Below are positions 62,216 to 64,000 of a stretch of 64,000 nt of DNA, piece after piece. Location of the stretch: NCBI GenBank assembly GCA_001770205.1, contig MEQL01000039.1, forward strand, positions 322,787 through 386,786. The letters run 5' to 3'. The DNA is from Bdellovibrionales bacterium RIFOXYD12_FULL_39_22 (GTDB lineage: Bacteria > Bdellovibrionota > Bacteriovoracia > Bacteriovoracales > Bacteriovoracaceae). Position 1 is the stretch's first letter. Each line of letters begins with the position of its first letter. The translations under genes were made by a program, and so were the position numbers. The notes below the pieces were generated by a model. It was not told the origin of the DNA. It ran no database searches and saw nothing but the letters and a program-made list of their open reading frames with translations.

Positions 62216-62878
62216 ATGGGCCAACAACTTCTTGTGTATTTTTTATCAATTATCATGCTGATCGGCATCAGCACAAAGGACGCTGACGCATATTACGATT
62301 ATGTTACAAATCTATCTCTTGATCGCTCCGTTTTAAACAATCAAGAGATGGAATTCATTTCACGCGAAAGCAGTGGTGCCATGGCCATGAATATTCGTTA
62401 TTCACCGGTTGTTGCTCTTCGCAAACAAATAATTTTGGCACGGGGCCATGGACTAAAAATTTTTGATGGCTGGGATGAAAATGGCGAGGCACATGTCACG
62501 GTTATAACTCCTCCTGAATTCAACAATATCATACGCAAATATATTCCAATGAAAAGAATCGAGGCCATTGCTCTCAGACACAGCATTCAGTCAAGCGAAC
62601 TTCAAGTTTTGGGCCTAGGAAAAGGATCTGCCTTAGTAGATGGCCAAAAGCAATTAACATATTTCATAATCGTTGATGCCCCTAATTTGATAAAAATCAG
62701 AAGAGAAATATATAAAGAATTTATTCAACAAGGAGGGCCTGCCGCATCCTGGGACCCTGATCACTTTTATCCCCATATAACTATAGGGTTTACTAGTCGA
62801 GACCTACATGAATCAGATGGCGTGTTTAAAGATGTTTCGCATTGCCTTGATCCAGCATTTAATCTTCTTGTTGAATAA
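62216..62878 (+). CDS. Exported 2H phosphoesterase
   Basis: Two HxT motifs (AHVTVI, PHITIGF); signal-peptide-like N-terminus ending ADA. Confidence 0.75.
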   Translation: MGQQLLVYFLSIIMLIGISTKDADAYYDYVTNLSLDRSVLNNQEMEFISRESSGAMAMNIRYSPVVALRKQIILARGHGLKIFDGWDENGEAHVTVITPPEFNNIIRKYIPMKRIEAIALRHSIQSSELQVLGLGKGSALVDGQKQLTYFIIVDAPNLIKIRREIYKEFIQQGGPAASWDPDHFYPHITIGFTSRDLHESDGVFKDVSHCLDPAFNLLVE

Positions 62879-62945
62879 AAATTAGTTTAGCATTACCGCA
62901 AGTATCTCTGAAATCTTCCTACTTCCTGCTCTTCTTGGTTTGGCC

Positions 62946-63317
62946 TTATCCCACTTTAAAAAATTTCTTCTGCTCTCGCTCATGTTCTTCTGCGTGAGTA
63001 ATACAAAGACTTGCCCACGGATGTTTTTCAAGACGCTTCGAAGAAATTGGCTCCTCGCACTCTTCGCACAGTCCATAGGTCCCTTTATCTATTCGATGCA
63101 AGGCCATATCAATGGCGCGAAGTTTTGCCAATTCCTTATTTTTTATCTCAAAAGTAACATTTTGCGAAACAACATTGGCCGCAATATCTGTCTCATCTGG
63201 TAAATCTTCCACCGACAAGGTGAGATCATCACTGGAGCTCAAAACTCCGCTGTTAATTATTTTGGCCTTGTGCTGCAGTAGTTCTTTCTTAAATTTCACA
63301 GTATCAATGGTTGCCAT
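62946..63317 (-). CDS. dksA: DksA/TraR-family zinc-finger protein
   Basis: DETD coiled-coil tip, IDMALHRIDKGTYGLCEECEEPI..RL..P....CITH. Confidence 0.85.
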   Translation of the reverse strand: MATIDTVKFKKELLQHKAKIINSGVLSSSDDLTLSVEDLPDETDIAANVVSQNVTFEIKNKELAKLRAIDMALHRIDKGTYGLCEECEEPISSKRLEKHPWASLCITHAEEHEREQKKFFKVG

Positions 63318-63473
63318 AAACTCTCTCCTTGCTTTACTTGGTGCACCCTAATCAATGCACCTTTTAACTATTCTGAGATGAGGCCCATACTAAATTTTAC
63401 GATAAAAACAAAATTAAAGATAAACGTAAAATTTTGCCTAGTCCCTTGCTTGCTTCACAAGCGACTTCAACTC

Positions 63474-63499
63474 CTATCGGCAAATTTTAAAAAACTTTA
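63474..63499 (-). promoter_or_regulatory. Sigma28 (FliA)-like promoter upstream of dksA
   Basis: Minus strand TAAAGTTT-N10-GCCGATAG (consensus spacer N11). Confidence 0.55.
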
Positions 63500-63674
63500 G
63501 AGACTTTTATTCTGCCTTTTATTCTGCCTTGTAGTAGTCCGGAACATTTAACAAACAAAGAAATTGCTCTACTTACCTATGGATATCAACAAGTGGCACC
63601 CAAACCTTTTTATCAACCACTATCAAAAAGCTCAGCAAAAATAATTGTTTGTGAGCAGATTAATCAATAAAAAC

Positions 63675-63701
63675 TAAAAAAAACGAGAAAATATCCGATA
63701 A
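63675..63701 (+). promoter_or_regulatory. Sigma28 (FliA)-like promoter, near-leaderless
   Basis: TAAA-N15-TCCGATAA ending 6 nt before ATG 63708. Confidence 0.55.
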
Positions 63702-63707
63702 ATTTTT

Positions 63708-64000
63708 ATGACTAGACGACTTATACTCTTCCTTGTCTTCCAACTATTGATTGCCGCCCCACCGGCCAATTATAAGCGTCATTCTCGAGGAACAATCTGC
63801 TTGTATCAAGCAATTGCTTCAATGAAAAAAGAATGGAAGCAATTAACTAGTGGACTGGAAAGAACAATTGAATCAGAGATTAAAATTGATCAGATTCTTC
63901 CATACATTACTACTGACGATGGAACAATGAAATCGTTGGTTAAATACCATGGCCCGGAGTGGTTTGAAAAACTTTTCCCAAACAGACTTCCACAAAATGT
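63708..64000 (+). CDS. Hypothetical protein, 3'-truncated by window
   Basis: Open frame MTRRLILFLVFQLLIAAPPANYKRH... to window end. Confidence 0.55.
   Translation, partial: MTRRLILFLVFQLLIAAPPANYKRHSRGTICLYQAIASMKKEWKQLTSGLERTIESEIKIDQILPYITTDDGTMKSLVKYHGPEWFEKLFPNRLPQN

Noticed and set aside
63330..63470. c-di-GMP-I riboswitch in the dksA leader
   Set aside because: The conserved GGCAAAC...GAAA...GACGCAAAG pattern is not matched beyond a short GGCAAA.

Overview
Chromosomal window, roughly 37-40% GC by eye, most likely from a member of the Bdellovibrionota. This placement is an inference from the gene content: an FHA-GGDEF DgcB-like cyclase, a TIGR02147-type regulator, the mfd-ppiC-surA-pdxA order, and many small exported hypothetical proteins. 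Housekeeping genes are polA (3' part), groES/groEL, cmoAB, a cysteine desulfurase with thiI, prc, a pilT paralogue, rlmN, mutL-miaA, serS with tRNA-Ser(UGA), mfd, pdxA, uvrA and a dksA-like gene. The standout is a minus-strand operon (about 42993 to 29684). It encodes a membrane-arm-only, heavily diverged Complex I/Mrp-like module: small ORF, NuoN-like, then NuoA, H, J, K, L, M and N-like genes. NuoB/C/D/I/E/F/G are absent from the window and many charged proton-pathway and quinone-site residues appear lost, yet all frames are intact and tightly packed. The module runs directly into a 1146-aa GYF-like/TM/TPR protein. Other notable signals: strong GGCC over-representation; a MutL lacking the endonuclease motif; a tandem duplicated unit of sigma54 promoter, leader hairpin and small secreted protein; palindromic operators between regulators and divergent secreted-protein genes; divergent sigma28-like promoters near dksA; and decayed accessory DNA at the tRNA-Ser 3' end. 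All family calls come from motif recognition by eye; no database searches were run.
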